Assembly (NCBI GenBank): GCA_964613815.1
Contig: CAZTKG010000001.1
Coordinates: 72,895-136,894, forward strand
Length of the DNA: 64,000 nt
DNA from: an uncultured Gammaproteobacteria bacterium
Lineage (GTDB): Bacteria; Patescibacteriota; Patescibacteriia; UBA9934
Direction of reading: 5' to 3'
Shown here: positions 9,148 through 18,410 of the stretch, piece by piece
Layout of the letters: every line of letters begins with the position of its first letter
Position numbering within the stretch: position 1 is the stretch's first letter
Program-made: the position numbers and the translations under genes
Notes under the pieces: model-generated
The model's input: the letters and a program-made list of their open reading frames with translations, nothing else
Told to the model about the DNA's origin: nothing
Databases searched by the model: none

Positions 9148-10565
9148 GCAAGTTTGATAGACGTTCCTCCTGGGATGGGCACGAAGTTTTATCTGGTTAT
9201 AAGAAGGTACATGAGGCTGAGCGTTTGATTCGATTGGAGGTCCGTGACTCTTGTCGGCGATTTTTACAGAAGTGTTCAGAGCGAATTCCAGATTTTGTGA
9301 TGAAAATTCTTGTTTTGAGCCAGTTGTTTGGCGCGGAAACGGTAATGGCTGAAACAAGTCTCAAGAGACTTCCGTCTGGTGTTGAAGGGCCAAAGGAGGT
9401 GGCTGAGAGTCAATTTGAGACAGGTGATGTTAATTTGAGTCCGGAAACGCGTAAATTTCTTGATGATTTTTTCAAACAAAATCCTGAGATGCGGGTTGGG
9501 GTTCATTCATATTCAGCAGCGGATGGATCAGTTATTGAAACTAAGTTGGGCCCGAAGGATTTCGTGGATGGGAAGGTTCTTCAAACCGACGGACGAATTT
9601 TCCAGTGGGCGTTTCAGCGGGAGCTCCCCGTTGCGGCATTGGGAGAGTTCCCTCGTGATGAATCTTGGCTTCATTATTCGGATGAGGAAGAGAAAACCGA
9701 AACTTGGGTAGGAGTTTGTATAGATACAGGGTTCTCAGATGTGGATGTTTATCGTCAGCACAAGCGAGGCGAGTCTTTTTTTTCAGAATTTTTGCACGTG
9801 GTTCCAAATCCAGCCGTCTCTGGAGATTCCGTGTCGCACGAAATTGATTTAAGAGGTATTGGCGGGCCTGAACGGTTTTTGCTGTTTGAAGGTGGGGGCT
9901 TGGAAGAGGTTGATGTTAGTGTTGAATTTGATGTCTTCCAGCACGGAATGGATGCTCAGCTGTTTATAGAAGAGAATCCTGTTTTGTTTGATCAAATTGC
10001 GGCTGCGTATACGTCCTCCAAGGCTTTGTATGGAGACCTGCTCCTGTCTTCAAAGTTTATTTTTTCTGGCAATAAATTTGAACTAGCTGGTGCCTCTCGA
10101 GCATCTTTTAGTGCTCCTGACGCTTCAGGGGCTGTTATATTGCATGAGGGTATCTTTTCGGAAGCTAAGAAGCACGGCGATTCGGTTTTTTTGGAGGAGG
10201 TTGTTGAGCATGAGTTGATTCATTTGATTGAGCGCACACATGAGCACGGATTTTTAATGTTTAAGCTTGTGTATTATCGTGCATCTTCAGATGCGGTTGG
10301 TGAGTTCAACGAATCAAATTTTTTTGGATTTGATATGGGTGGTCATGGTGAAGACAATGCAACTGAATTTTTTGCATCTTTTGTTAACAGTTTGGATCAT
10401 GATGATTGGGCTCGTCGTGTTGGAGAGCTTTCGCCTGAAGCTCAACAGCTTGCCGTTGATATGCTTGAAGCTTTAATTGATGATCTTGATGAGATAAAGC
10501 GACAAGGCAAGGATGCTGCAGTTTTACGGTTGTTGTTTGAAAAGAGACTAGCAGAATTAACCTAA
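9144..10565 (+). CDS. Hypothetical protein with an HExxH-like motif (possible zinc-dependent hydrolase)
   Basis: 473 aa. Contains VVEHELIHLIERTHEHG (HExxH followed by EH). No signal peptide. Confidence 0.5.
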   Translation: MSKFDRRSSWDGHEVLSGYKKVHEAERLIRLEVRDSCRRFLQKCSERIPDFVMKILVLSQLFGAETVMAETSLKRLPSGVEGPKEVAESQFETGDVNLSPETRKFLDDFFKQNPEMRVGVHSYSAADGSVIETKLGPKDFVDGKVLQTDGRIFQWAFQRELPVAALGEFPRDESWLHYSDEEEKTETWVGVCIDTGFSDVDVYRQHKRGESFFSEFLHVVPNPAVSGDSVSHEIDLRGIGGPERFLLFEGGGLEEVDVSVEFDVFQHGMDAQLFIEENPVLFDQIAAAYTSSKALYGDLLLSSKFIFSGNKFELAGASRASFSAPDASGAVILHEGIFSEAKKHGDSVFLEEVVEHELIHLIERTHEHGFLMFKLVYYRASSDAVGEFNESNFFGFDMGGHGEDNATEFFASFVNSLDHDDWARRVGELSPEAQQLAVDMLEALIDDLDEIKRQGKDAAVLRLLFEKRLAELT

Positions 10566-10586
10566 AAAGAGCCATATGGCTCTTTT
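10563..10586. terminator. Bidirectional rho-independent terminator between convergent genes
   Basis: AAAAAGAGCC-atat-GGCTCTTTTT, a perfect hairpin flanked by A/T runs. Confidence 0.7.
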
Positions 10587-12037
10587 TAGGTTGTGAGATA
10601 TTCGACGAGTGTTCGTACGCCAAATCCGGTTGCGCCTTTGCCGAGGTAGGACGTGTATCCTCTTCCTGCGAAGGCTGGGCCGGCGATGTCCATGTGGGCC
10701 CATGTTTGGCCTTCTGGAACGAACGCGGAGAGGAATAGGCCTGCTGTGATCGCGCCTCCGTAGCGGACGGTAGCGATGTTGCGGAGGTCAGCTATCTGAG
10801 AGTCGAGGAGTTTCATGTAGTTTTGTTCGAGCGGCATTTCCCAGAGTTTTTCTCCCGCGTCTGCGCCTGCTTTGAGGAGGGCTTGAGCGAAGGTTGGTTC
10901 GTTCGACATGAGGGTCGTGATTTCTTCGCCGAGGCCGACCATGGAAGCGCCTGTGAGGGTGGCGAGGTCGATGATTTCATCGACGTTTTGTTTTGCTGCG
11001 AAGTCGATGGCGTCTGCGAGGGTGAGGCGTCCTTCTGCGTCGGTGTTGAGGATTTCGATGGTTTTGCCGTTTGCTGCGGTCACGATGTCACCAGGACGCG
11101 TCGCTTTTCCGTTTGGCATGTTCTCTGTCGCTGCAATGATGCCATGGACTTCCACTGATGGTTTTAGGCTAGCAAGTGTTGCGAAGGTTCCGATGACGGT
11201 GGCGGCTCCGGCCATGTCGCACTTCATGGTTTCCATGCTGCTTGATGGTTTGAGGGAGAGTCCACCTGAATCGAAGGTGATTCCTTTTCCGACAAGAGCG
11301 ATTTTTTTCTTTGGGTTATCGGTTGGTGTATAAACGAGATGGATGAAGTATGGTGGTTCGTCAGATCCTGCGGCAACGGAGAGATATGAGCCCATCCCCA
11401 TGCGTTCACATTGCGCGCGGTCGTAGATATGAGCGCGAATGAGGCCGTTTGAGCGTGCAGCGATGTCCTGTGCTTCGTCCGCGAGCGTGACTGGTTTTAC
11501 GATGTTTGCTGGCGCGTTAACAAGGTCGCGTGTTTTAGTGATGCCTTCATTAATTTGCTGTGTGGTCGTAATGGTTGATTGTGCGGATTCCTCCTGCGTG
11601 ATGAGGGCGACTTCTTGCAGTTCGAGTGTCTCTTTTGGTTTTTTGAAGGTTGTGTAGTTGTAGTTTGCGAGAAGGAGGCCTTCGGTAAGGGGCTTAATGG
11701 CATGTTCTGTTCGTGGATCTATCGCGATACGTATTGCACCTAGTTTTGCTTGAAGGGCAAGGATTGATCCAGCCAATGATCGGAAATTCTCCGCAGTTCC
11801 TTTCCCTACGCCTGCAATGATGATGTGTTCGTTTGTTTTTGTGCTTGAGAAGATGAGGGTTTTTCCCGCATTGCCTTTGAATTTTGTTGCAGTCATGCGT
11901 TTTTCGAGTGCACCTTGAAGAAGGCTATTTGCTTGTGCAAGCGCCGGGGTTGAAACATCTTCGTCTTTTTTGATTGCAATGACTTTGATGTCGGCTGCAA
12001 TATCGAAGATGGATTGGTTTTTTGCAATGATGTTCAT
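10586..12037 (-). CDS. pepA: Leucyl aminopeptidase (M17)
   Basis: NTDAEGRLTLADAI and VGKGITFDSGG are M17 signatures. Confidence 0.85.
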   Translation of the reverse strand: MNIIAKNQSIFDIAADIKVIAIKKDEDVSTPALAQANSLLQGALEKRMTATKFKGNAGKTLIFSSTKTNEHIIIAGVGKGTAENFRSLAGSILALQAKLGAIRIAIDPRTEHAIKPLTEGLLLANYNYTTFKKPKETLELQEVALITQEESAQSTITTTQQINEGITKTRDLVNAPANIVKPVTLADEAQDIAARSNGLIRAHIYDRAQCERMGMGSYLSVAAGSDEPPYFIHLVYTPTDNPKKKIALVGKGITFDSGGLSLKPSSSMETMKCDMAGAATVIGTFATLASLKPSVEVHGIIAATENMPNGKATRPGDIVTAANGKTIEILNTDAEGRLTLADAIDFAAKQNVDEIIDLATLTGASMVGLGEEITTLMSNEPTFAQALLKAGADAGEKLWEMPLEQNYMKLLDSQIADLRNIATVRYGGAITAGLFLSAFVPEGQTWAHMDIAGPAFAGRGYTSYLGKGATGFGVRTLVEYLTT

Positions 12038-12081
12038 AGGCTTGTTTTGCTATGTTTTACTTTGTTTTTTGTGTTTAGGCA

Positions 12082-12108
12082 AATAAAAAATCACGCAAGT
12101 CTATGATG
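12082..12108 (-). terminator. Rho-independent terminator of the mscS/small-basic-ORF transcript
   Basis: CACGCAAGTC-tatgatg-GACTTGCGTG hairpin followed on the minus strand by a U-run (A-run on the + strand). Confidence 0.6.
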
Positions 12109-12223
12109 GACTTGCGTGACCGGTGGTACGCGCTGCGGTGCGCAGCTGAGCTGAGCTATGCAATGCGTATATAGAATTGACTAAAACTCATGTTTTGTCA
12201 AGGTATAAAAGTAAAAAGCTGCG

Positions 12224-12358
12224 TTATGCAGCTTGTTTTGCTTCGATTTTGGCCATGCGTTTCGCTTTCTTTTTGCGACGAGTTGTTTCTGCGACGATGT
12301 CTTTTTGTCGCTGGATTGCTCGACGTTTTTTTCGTGGCATTTGATGTCGTGTAGGCAT
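12224..12358 (-). CDS. Small highly basic protein (44 aa, Lys/Arg-rich), possibly ribosome-associated
   Basis: MPTRHQMPRKKRRAIQRQKDIVAETTRRKKKAKRMAKIEAKQAA. Below the ORF-track size cut-off, same strand as mscS, stop overlapped by the hairpin AAGCTGCG-ttat-GCAGCTT. Confidence 0.3.
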   Translation of the reverse strand: MPTRHQMPRKKRRAIQRQKDIVAETTRRKKKAKRMAKIEAKQAA

Positions 12359-12402
12359 AGGTTTGCGTTTGAGAGGATGTTACGTTGTTTTTTTGATTTT
12401 GT

Positions 12403-13431
12403 CTAGGCTTTCTGGTGGTAAACGGTTTGTGTTGGGTAGGCAAAGTTTATTTTTTGTTTTTCGAACCATGTCTTCATGTCCATGTTTACTTCGTGTTGGA
12501 TGCGGACGAAGTCCAGATAGTCGTTTGATTCGATGTAATAGACAAGTTCAAATTCTAACGCCGATGAGCCAAATGATTTGAAATGGATGCGGTCAAAACT
12601 TGCGTCTTGTACATTGTCGATGATTTTTTGGAGTGCCTCTGGGAGTTTGTTTAATTTTTTGTTCGAAGTTTCGTATGTAAGTGTGAGGTTGTCTAGTACT
12701 CGGCGACGCTTGAGGGTTCCAAAGTTTTGGATGATTCCGTTTGTGAGTTCGCGGTTGGAGACGATGATTTCTTCTCCTCGGAGCGATCTGATACGTGTGG
12801 TCTTGAGGCCAATTTTTTCGACTTCCCCTTCTTGATCTCCGGTGATGATGTAGTCGCCGACGGCGAATGGTTTATCGAAATAGATGGAGAAGCTGGAGAA
12901 AAGATCAGAAAGAATGTTCTGGAGTGCGAGCGCGATGGCGATTCCTCCAACGCCGAGTCCTGCCACGATGGAGCTGACGTTGTACCCTAGCGTTGCCATG
13001 ATCATGACGCCGCCGCCGAGCCAGAGGATGATTTTGACGATTTTGCGAAGGGTGTGGATAGCGGATGCTCCCTTCTTTCCTCCCTTGATGTTGGAGATGA
13101 TGTGTTCGAATATCACGCGGGAGGCTCTTGTGAGTTGGTGCGTGATGATGAGGATGATGAGGATTTTGATGGCGGCGACACCCTCGAATGTCATGCCTGC
13201 GTAGTGCCAGCCGATCAAGAAGGCGATGGTGAGGGCGAACGCGATGTTGAGGGATTTGATGACGTCAATGATGACATCGTCGAATTTGTTGCGTGTGCGT
13301 TTTGAGAGCACAACAAGCCTTCCAATGACAAATGCGCGTAGGATGTAAAACACAAAAACGGTCGCGGCAAATGCGTAGATACCGTTTTGATATTGTGTAA
13401 TCCAAGATTGGATGTCCTCCATAGTGTTCAC
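12403..13431 (-). CDS. Mechanosensitive ion channel (MscS family)
   Basis: TM helices plus the MscS beta-domain motif KPFAVGDYIITGDQEGEVEKIGLKTTRIRSLRGEEIIVSN. Confidence 0.8.
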   Translation of the reverse strand: MNTMEDIQSWITQYQNGIYAFAATVFVFYILRAFVIGRLVVLSKRTRNKFDDVIIDVIKSLNIAFALTIAFLIGWHYAGMTFEGVAAIKILIILIITHQLTRASRVIFEHIISNIKGGKKGASAIHTLRKIVKIILWLGGGVMIMATLGYNVSSIVAGLGVGGIAIALALQNILSDLFSSFSIYFDKPFAVGDYIITGDQEGEVEKIGLKTTRIRSLRGEEIIVSNRELTNGIIQNFGTLKRRRVLDNLTLTYETSNKKLNKLPEALQKIIDNVQDASFDRIHFKSFGSSALEFELVYYIESNDYLDFVRIQHEVNMDMKTWFEKQKINFAYPTQTVYHQKA

Positions 13432-13908
13432 CTATGACGCCATGAGCTCTTTGAGATCATTCAGAACTTGCTCGGCGTGTTCTGTGGGTTTAACTTTTTT
13501 GTAGATTTTGGCGATGTTTCCTTCTGGGTCGACGAGATATGAGTGGCGCAAGATTCCCATGTATTTGCGTCCGTACATATTTTTTTCTGCCCAAACTCCA
13601 TACAATTGTAACATGTCTTTTGATTCGTCGCTGAGGAGTGAGAATGGGAGGTTTTCTTTTTCGATGAATTTTTGGTGGCGTTCTGGAGAATCGGCACTGA
13701 TACCCCAGACGGTTGCGTTGATTTGTTTGAAGGCGTCGTAATTATCACGAAGTGCGCAGGCTTCTTTGGTGCAGCCCGGGGTCATGTCTTTTGGGTAGAA
13801 GTAGATGAGGACCCAGTTGCCTTTTTGTGAGGATAGTGATTGAGATGCACTGTTTTGATCTGGGAGGGTGAATTCTGGGGCTCTGTCCCCGATTGAAAGG
13901 TTTTGCAT
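13432..13908 (-). CDS. bcp: Thiol peroxidase Bcp (peroxiredoxin)
   Basis: YFYPKDMTPGCTKEACALRD matches the Bcp-type active site. Confidence 0.8.
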   Translation of the reverse strand: MQNLSIGDRAPEFTLPDQNSASQSLSSQKGNWVLIYFYPKDMTPGCTKEACALRDNYDAFKQINATVWGISADSPERHQKFIEKENLPFSLLSDESKDMLQLYGVWAEKNMYGRKYMGILRHSYLVDPEGNIAKIYKKVKPTEHAEQVLNDLKELMAS

Positions 13909-13911
13909 AGA

Positions 13912-15078
13912 TTAATCTCTTGCGCCGAGGGTTACGAATAGGTTGATGGTGTTGCCTTCGCGGTTGATGGTGAACTCGATTTGATCTCCGATAGTGAGAC
14001 GTTCGATGATGCTTGAGAGTGAGTGTCGTGGGCTTAGTTCTTGACTTCCTATGTGTGTAATGACGTCTCCTTCGAGGAGGCCGGCTTCATCTGCTGGTGA
14101 GTTTTCAACAATGCCTGGAGATTCTTCTGACCCGATAATGAGGACGCCGGTGGATACGTTTAGTTCATACTTATTTTCAATGTGTGCATTTACAGGCACG
14201 TACTGAATGCCAATATACGGTCGTGCGACTTTTCCGAATTCGATGATTTGGTCGACGGATGATTGCACGGCATTTGACGGGAGGGAGAATGCAATGTTTT
14301 CTGATCCGTCTGCAACAGCGACGTTTACGCCAATGACTTCTGCTTGCATGTTGAGGAGTGGACCACCAGAGTTTCCAGAGTTGATCGCGGCATCTGTTTG
14401 AAGGACATCTCGGAGTTCTGAGGTGCCTGTTTCGTCTGCGGCGAGGATCGTTCTTGAAAGACCAGAGATAACGCCGGTGGAGACGGTGTTTGAGTAGGCA
14501 CCGAGGGCGTTCCCGATGGCGATGACAGATTCGCCGACTTGGACTTGGTCTGAATTTCCAAATGTGAGGAAGTCTGTGTTTTTGGCATCGATTTTGAGGA
14601 CCGCGGTGTCGATCATTTTATCAAAGCCGATGATTTTTGCTTCGTATGCCTCTCCTGTGTTTAAGATGACGGTGTAGTTTGCGTCGATATCGTTTACGAC
14701 GTGGAGGTTTGTGACGAGGTATCCATCATCGGAAATGAAGAATGCTGATCCGCCGCCGATTTCGACAGTTTCGTATTCTCCGCTTTCACGTACACGCGGT
14801 ATGCGGAATCTGCTGAGTGGGCCGCCTATTTCTTCGAAGTATTGTTCGAGGATTGGAACTTCTTCTGTAATGAGGATAGAGGCGACAGCGGGGTTTGTGT
14901 CGTTGACGATGTCTACAACCGCAGATGGTGATGAATAGGTGTACGTCGTTGATTGGTTTGGCGCAATTAGACGGACATAGCCGATCGTGAGGATGACTCC
15001 TATGATGCCGGTTGCTAGTGCTCCGGTGATGAACGTCATGAGGGACGTTAGGTCTTTTTTGGATGTTTTAGATGTCAT
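13912..15078 (-). CDS. HtrA/DegP-family serine protease with PDZ domain
   Basis: N-terminal TM, catalytic GNSGGPLLN, C-terminal PDZ-like segment. Confidence 0.85.
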   Translation of the reverse strand: MTSKTSKKDLTSLMTFITGALATGIIGVILTIGYVRLIAPNQSTTYTYSSPSAVVDIVNDTNPAVASILITEEVPILEQYFEEIGGPLSRFRIPRVRESGEYETVEIGGGSAFFISDDGYLVTNLHVVNDIDANYTVILNTGEAYEAKIIGFDKMIDTAVLKIDAKNTDFLTFGNSDQVQVGESVIAIGNALGAYSNTVSTGVISGLSRTILAADETGTSELRDVLQTDAAINSGNSGGPLLNMQAEVIGVNVAVADGSENIAFSLPSNAVQSSVDQIIEFGKVARPYIGIQYVPVNAHIENKYELNVSTGVLIIGSEESPGIVENSPADEAGLLEGDVITHIGSQELSPRHSLSSIIERLTIGDQIEFTINREGNTINLFVTLGARD

Positions 15079-15096
15079 ATGCGTATGAAAATAGCA

Positions 15097-15984
15097 TTAA
15101 TCTGTGGATAATTCAATATGACTTTTGGTTGTTGAGATGAGTTTGTCTTTGGTCAGTCTTGCGATCATTTCTTCGATCCATCGCTGGTCTTTTTTGGTGA
15201 ATGTTTTGTCGATTTGTGGGCCGATCGCATTGATCTCGACTCTCCCCTGCTCTTTTGCGAGTGAGAGAATGCGGCCGCGGTAGATTCTGTCGGGGTGTTT
15301 TTTGCCTTTTTGGATGCGTTCTTTTGGTTTTTTTGTCATGCGTTTTGGTGGCTGTACTTGGCCGCTGATGAAGTCGTCTGCTAAAGCGCAATGTTCTCGC
15401 ATGGGGCATTCTTCGCAATCTGGGACTTTTTTGCAGACCATGGTGGCAAGGTCGAAGATTGCTTGAGGGATGTTTTGGAAGTTCGGTGTATGAAAAAGTG
15501 GTTTTGCTGCGGTTTTGATCTCTGCGTCGTTTTTTGGGTCTGGGTAATAGTCGGCGAGGAAGATTCTGCCGATGACGCGTCGGATGTTGGTATCTACTGG
15601 GATGGCTGGTTTGCCGAGGCTGAAGACGGTGAGGGCGGCTGCGGTGTAGTCCCCTACCCCTTTGAGTTTTTTCCAGTTTTCTTCTGATTGCGGGACGCCT
15701 GTTTTGATGATTTCACGGGCAATATCGCGGAGCATCAGTGCGCGTCTGTTGTAGCCAAGGCCGCTCCAGGCTTTGATGACATCGGCGTTTGAGGCTTTTG
15801 ATAGCGATTGCCAGTCTGGGAATTCTTCAAGCCATCTATCAAAAAACACCAGGCCACGGGAGACCTGGGTTTGTTGGAGCATGATTTCGCTGACGAGGAT
15901 TTTGTAGGGATCAGTCGTGCCTCGCCATGGGAGATCTCTGCCGCAATGTTCGTACCATTCAAGGAGAGATTCGGATGGGGTCAT
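15097..15984 (-). CDS. A/G-specific adenine glycosylase-like (MutY/Nth HhH-GPD family, no NUDIX domain)
   Basis: LPWRGTTDPYKILVSEIMLQQTQV helix-hairpin-helix and a 4Fe-4S Cys cluster CKKVPDCEECPMREHC. Confidence 0.75.
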   Translation of the reverse strand: MTPSESLLEWYEHCGRDLPWRGTTDPYKILVSEIMLQQTQVSRGLVFFDRWLEEFPDWQSLSKASNADVIKAWSGLGYNRRALMLRDIAREIIKTGVPQSEENWKKLKGVGDYTAAALTVFSLGKPAIPVDTNIRRVIGRIFLADYYPDPKNDAEIKTAAKPLFHTPNFQNIPQAIFDLATMVCKKVPDCEECPMREHCALADDFISGQVQPPKRMTKKPKERIQKGKKHPDRIYRGRILSLAKEQGRVEINAIGPQIDKTFTKKDQRWIEEMIARLTKDKLISTTKSHIELSTD

Positions 15985-15986
15985 GT

Positions 15987-16925
15987 CTATTGAATCGCGA
16001 ATTGTTTGACGACAGCTGCGTAGGTGTCGTCTTCGAGGATGATGACGGATGGGTCGCAGATGACGCCTTGGAGGGTTTCTTTGATGACGTTTAGGGGTTC
16101 TGATGTGGTGCCGTCGATGCCGATGGTTTGGCGGGTGATGTGGCCGTTACCGCAGCTATAGACGGCGACTTGTGCTGGTTCTACCACAGCGCCGGGGATT
16201 CCTGTGGCGTCGATTGGGGCGCTGCCCACGAAGTTTGTTTCTGAGATTCCTGATGAAAGCGCGATGGATCCTGTGGTGTGGTCAGCGAAGAAAAGGATTG
16301 GGCCTTTGTGGGTGACGACGACGTCTGGGTCAGTGATGGTGTTTTCTGATTCAAAGACGACGCCTTCGTAGGTGAAGTTGATCCCGTCTGATGAGGTCGC
16401 TGAGTGGAATTGGTAGGTCTTGTAATTTGGATTTGCTGGGTTGCGGCCGAAGTCGAAATAATACATGCGGAGCGTGCCATCTTCTGTTTGAACGAGTGAA
16501 GGGTCTACGGCGACGTGGGTGGATGGCATGTCGGTGATTGTTGTTTCGATGCGGTTTGACCAGGTTTGACCTTTGTCTGTGGAGTAGATCAGCCGCGGGG
16601 CTCTGTTGGTGTCGTGGTCTTCGGTGCCGTCGACGAAGTATGTGAGAAGGGTGCCCTCTTCGAAATGTTCGGTTGCTGATGTGAGCTCGATGATGTCTGG
16701 GACAGAGGCTGATTTAGCGATTGGATCGCCGAGGTCGGTCCAGGTGATGCCGTCTGGAGACGTCGAGAAAAACGTTTGATGTCGTGCGAGTTCAAAGGAA
16801 TAGTCTACGTTGATGTCTTCGTAGGCTGTGCCGGAGAGGTCGACTGTCGGTGTTGTGATGTCTGAGGGGCTGCAGCCGAATCCTGTGAGGACGAGTAGGC
16901 CTGCGGCGAGGAGGGCGCGGTACAT
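15987..16925 (-). CDS. BNR/Asp-box repeat lipoprotein (sialidase-like beta-propeller)
   Basis: Lipoprotein-type signal (LVLTGFGCSP). Two Asp-boxes: STSPDGITW and STDKGQTW. Confidence 0.55.
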   Translation of the reverse strand: MYRALLAAGLLVLTGFGCSPSDITTPTVDLSGTAYEDINVDYSFELARHQTFFSTSPDGITWTDLGDPIAKSASVPDIIELTSATEHFEEGTLLTYFVDGTEDHDTNRAPRLIYSTDKGQTWSNRIETTITDMPSTHVAVDPSLVQTEDGTLRMYYFDFGRNPANPNYKTYQFHSATSSDGINFTYEGVVFESENTITDPDVVVTHKGPILFFADHTTGSIALSSGISETNFVGSAPIDATGIPGAVVEPAQVAVYSCGNGHITRQTIGIDGTTSEPLNVIKETLQGVICDPSVIILEDDTYAAVVKQFAIQ

Positions 16926-16926
16926 A

Positions 16927-17127
16927 TTAGTTGAGTGTGAGGTAGCCGATGTAGAGGACGAGGATGAGGTACATGGCGGTCCAGCCTTTTGTGAGCGGGA
17001 AATAACGGGAAAAGGCGCGGAAGTTTTTGATGAACCATTTTTCGCCGCCGAGCCAGGCCATACTGGAGGCGATGAGGCTATCTAAAAGAAGAACGATGAA
17101 GATGATGACTTCGGGGGTGTATTGCAT
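16927..17127 (-). CDS. Small membrane protein
   Basis: 66-aa hydrophobic ORF (MQYTPEVIIFIVLLLDSLIASS...). The ORF-track version carries an N-terminal extension. Confidence 0.3.
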   Translation of the reverse strand: MQYTPEVIIFIVLLLDSLIASSMAWLGGEKWFIKNFRAFSRYFPLTKGWTAMYLILVLYIGYLTLN

Positions 17128-17204
17128 ATGGGGGCATGATACCATGTGGGTATACTCGCATCTGGACTGAAATGGAGAGATTTGATCGAACATTACGTCG
17201 GTAG

Positions 17205-17229
17205 AATCTCTCCACAAGGTCGAGATGGG
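17205..17229. repeat. Dispersed palindromic repeat, half copy 2
   Basis: ATCTCTCCACAAGGTCGAGATGGG. Confidence 0.7.
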
Positions 17230-17344
17230 AAAAACTTAACGTCATTTATTTTATGCGAAGATTTGAGGCCCCGCGACCGCGGGTTGAGACGCCGGAAATG
17301 GGGCGCGAGGAGTTACGACGAAAATGGGCGTTTGAGGGATTGAT

Positions 17345-18095
17345 GAGTTGGTCTTCGAAGTTGTTTGAGGTTTTAAAAAACGTTGATTTGCCCGAAAAGT
17401 TAAAGCCAAGTGCAGCTGTTGTGCCTGCACTTTTTATGAATACGATGATTGGATGTGCTCCAGGGAAAATTGTTGAATGCACTGAGTCTCAAGCGGGACT
17501 CATTCAGGCGTCACGTGATTATTATGTTGATCATACGGATGAGATTCAGGCGGAGTATGCTCAGTTGCAGCCAGGGGTTCGTGTCACTGCGCAAGATATC
17601 TCGGATACATTGTATACGGCAGAGATCCATTGTACGACGGACAGACGGCGTCATGTAGAGGATGGCACGTCCGGTGTTGAGTATCGGAATGAGATTTATG
17701 TGTTTGTTGATGAAGGAGCGTTTAAAGACGCTGTGGAGGCTTATGAGATCGGCGGGTGGACGGCGGAGTATAGCTTGGAAGAGTTAGCTCAAGTCGCCCA
17801 TGTTGATGAGGCTTATGCTAAGTATAAAGATGATTTGATCAAGTATTATGCGGCTTTGTATGAGGGGGTTGGGCTTTTGGGTCATGAGGCTTCGCATTTG
17901 ATTATGGGTTCGCATGATAAGGAGATTGAGAAGGAGTTGGAGGACACAGTGGAGCTTGATAAGGATGCGTTAACGGATTTAGCGAAGAAGGACCCGATGT
18001 ATGCTTGGTCTTTAGCCGGTCGGAATGCGGTGACGGATACGACGACTGAGTCGCTTGATTTGTATCGTGGGTATTATCAACAGCAATCAATATGA
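17345..18095 (+). CDS. Hypothetical protein (track ORF 17253..18095; start probably at the MSWSSKLF Met, downstream of the repeat)
   Basis: Long uninterrupted ORF with protein-like composition. No recognisable motif. Confidence 0.45.
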
Positions 18096-18331
18096 ATGAG
18101 AATAAGAAGGGTTTTTTGGAGATGCTCGCTCGACTTTTGGTCTTTGCACGAGTTGGGAGTTATTTAGTTTTGATTGGGCTTTTGTTGGCCGCGGCGGTGG
18201 TTTATGTGACTGAAGATGGGGGTGTTTTGCAGGTGATTTTGATTGGGGGTTTTGGGGTTTTGTTGTTTGGGGTGATGCGTTTGGGGATTTGGTTTGGGGA
18301 GAAGGAGATATTGAAAGGGATTTCGAAATAA
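18092..18331 (+). CDS. Small two-TM membrane protein
   Basis: 79 aa with two hydrophobic helices, overlapping the upstream stop by 4 nt. Confidence 0.4.
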   Translation: MNENKKGFLEMLARLLVFARVGSYLVLIGLLLAAAVVYVTEDGGVLQVILIGGFGVLLFGVMRLGIWFGEKEILKGISK

Positions 18332-18372
18332 TTCTTTAAATTTCGATTTTTGTCGATTGCGTTTGGTTATTA

Positions 18373-18401
18373 TTGACATTTTCGCTTGTTTTCGCTATAT
18401 T
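18373..18401 (+). promoter_or_regulatory. Sigma-70-like promoter of the DEAD-box helicase gene
   Basis: TTGACA, 17 bp spacer, TATATT. Confidence 0.55.
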
Positions 18402-18410
18402 CTGATTATT

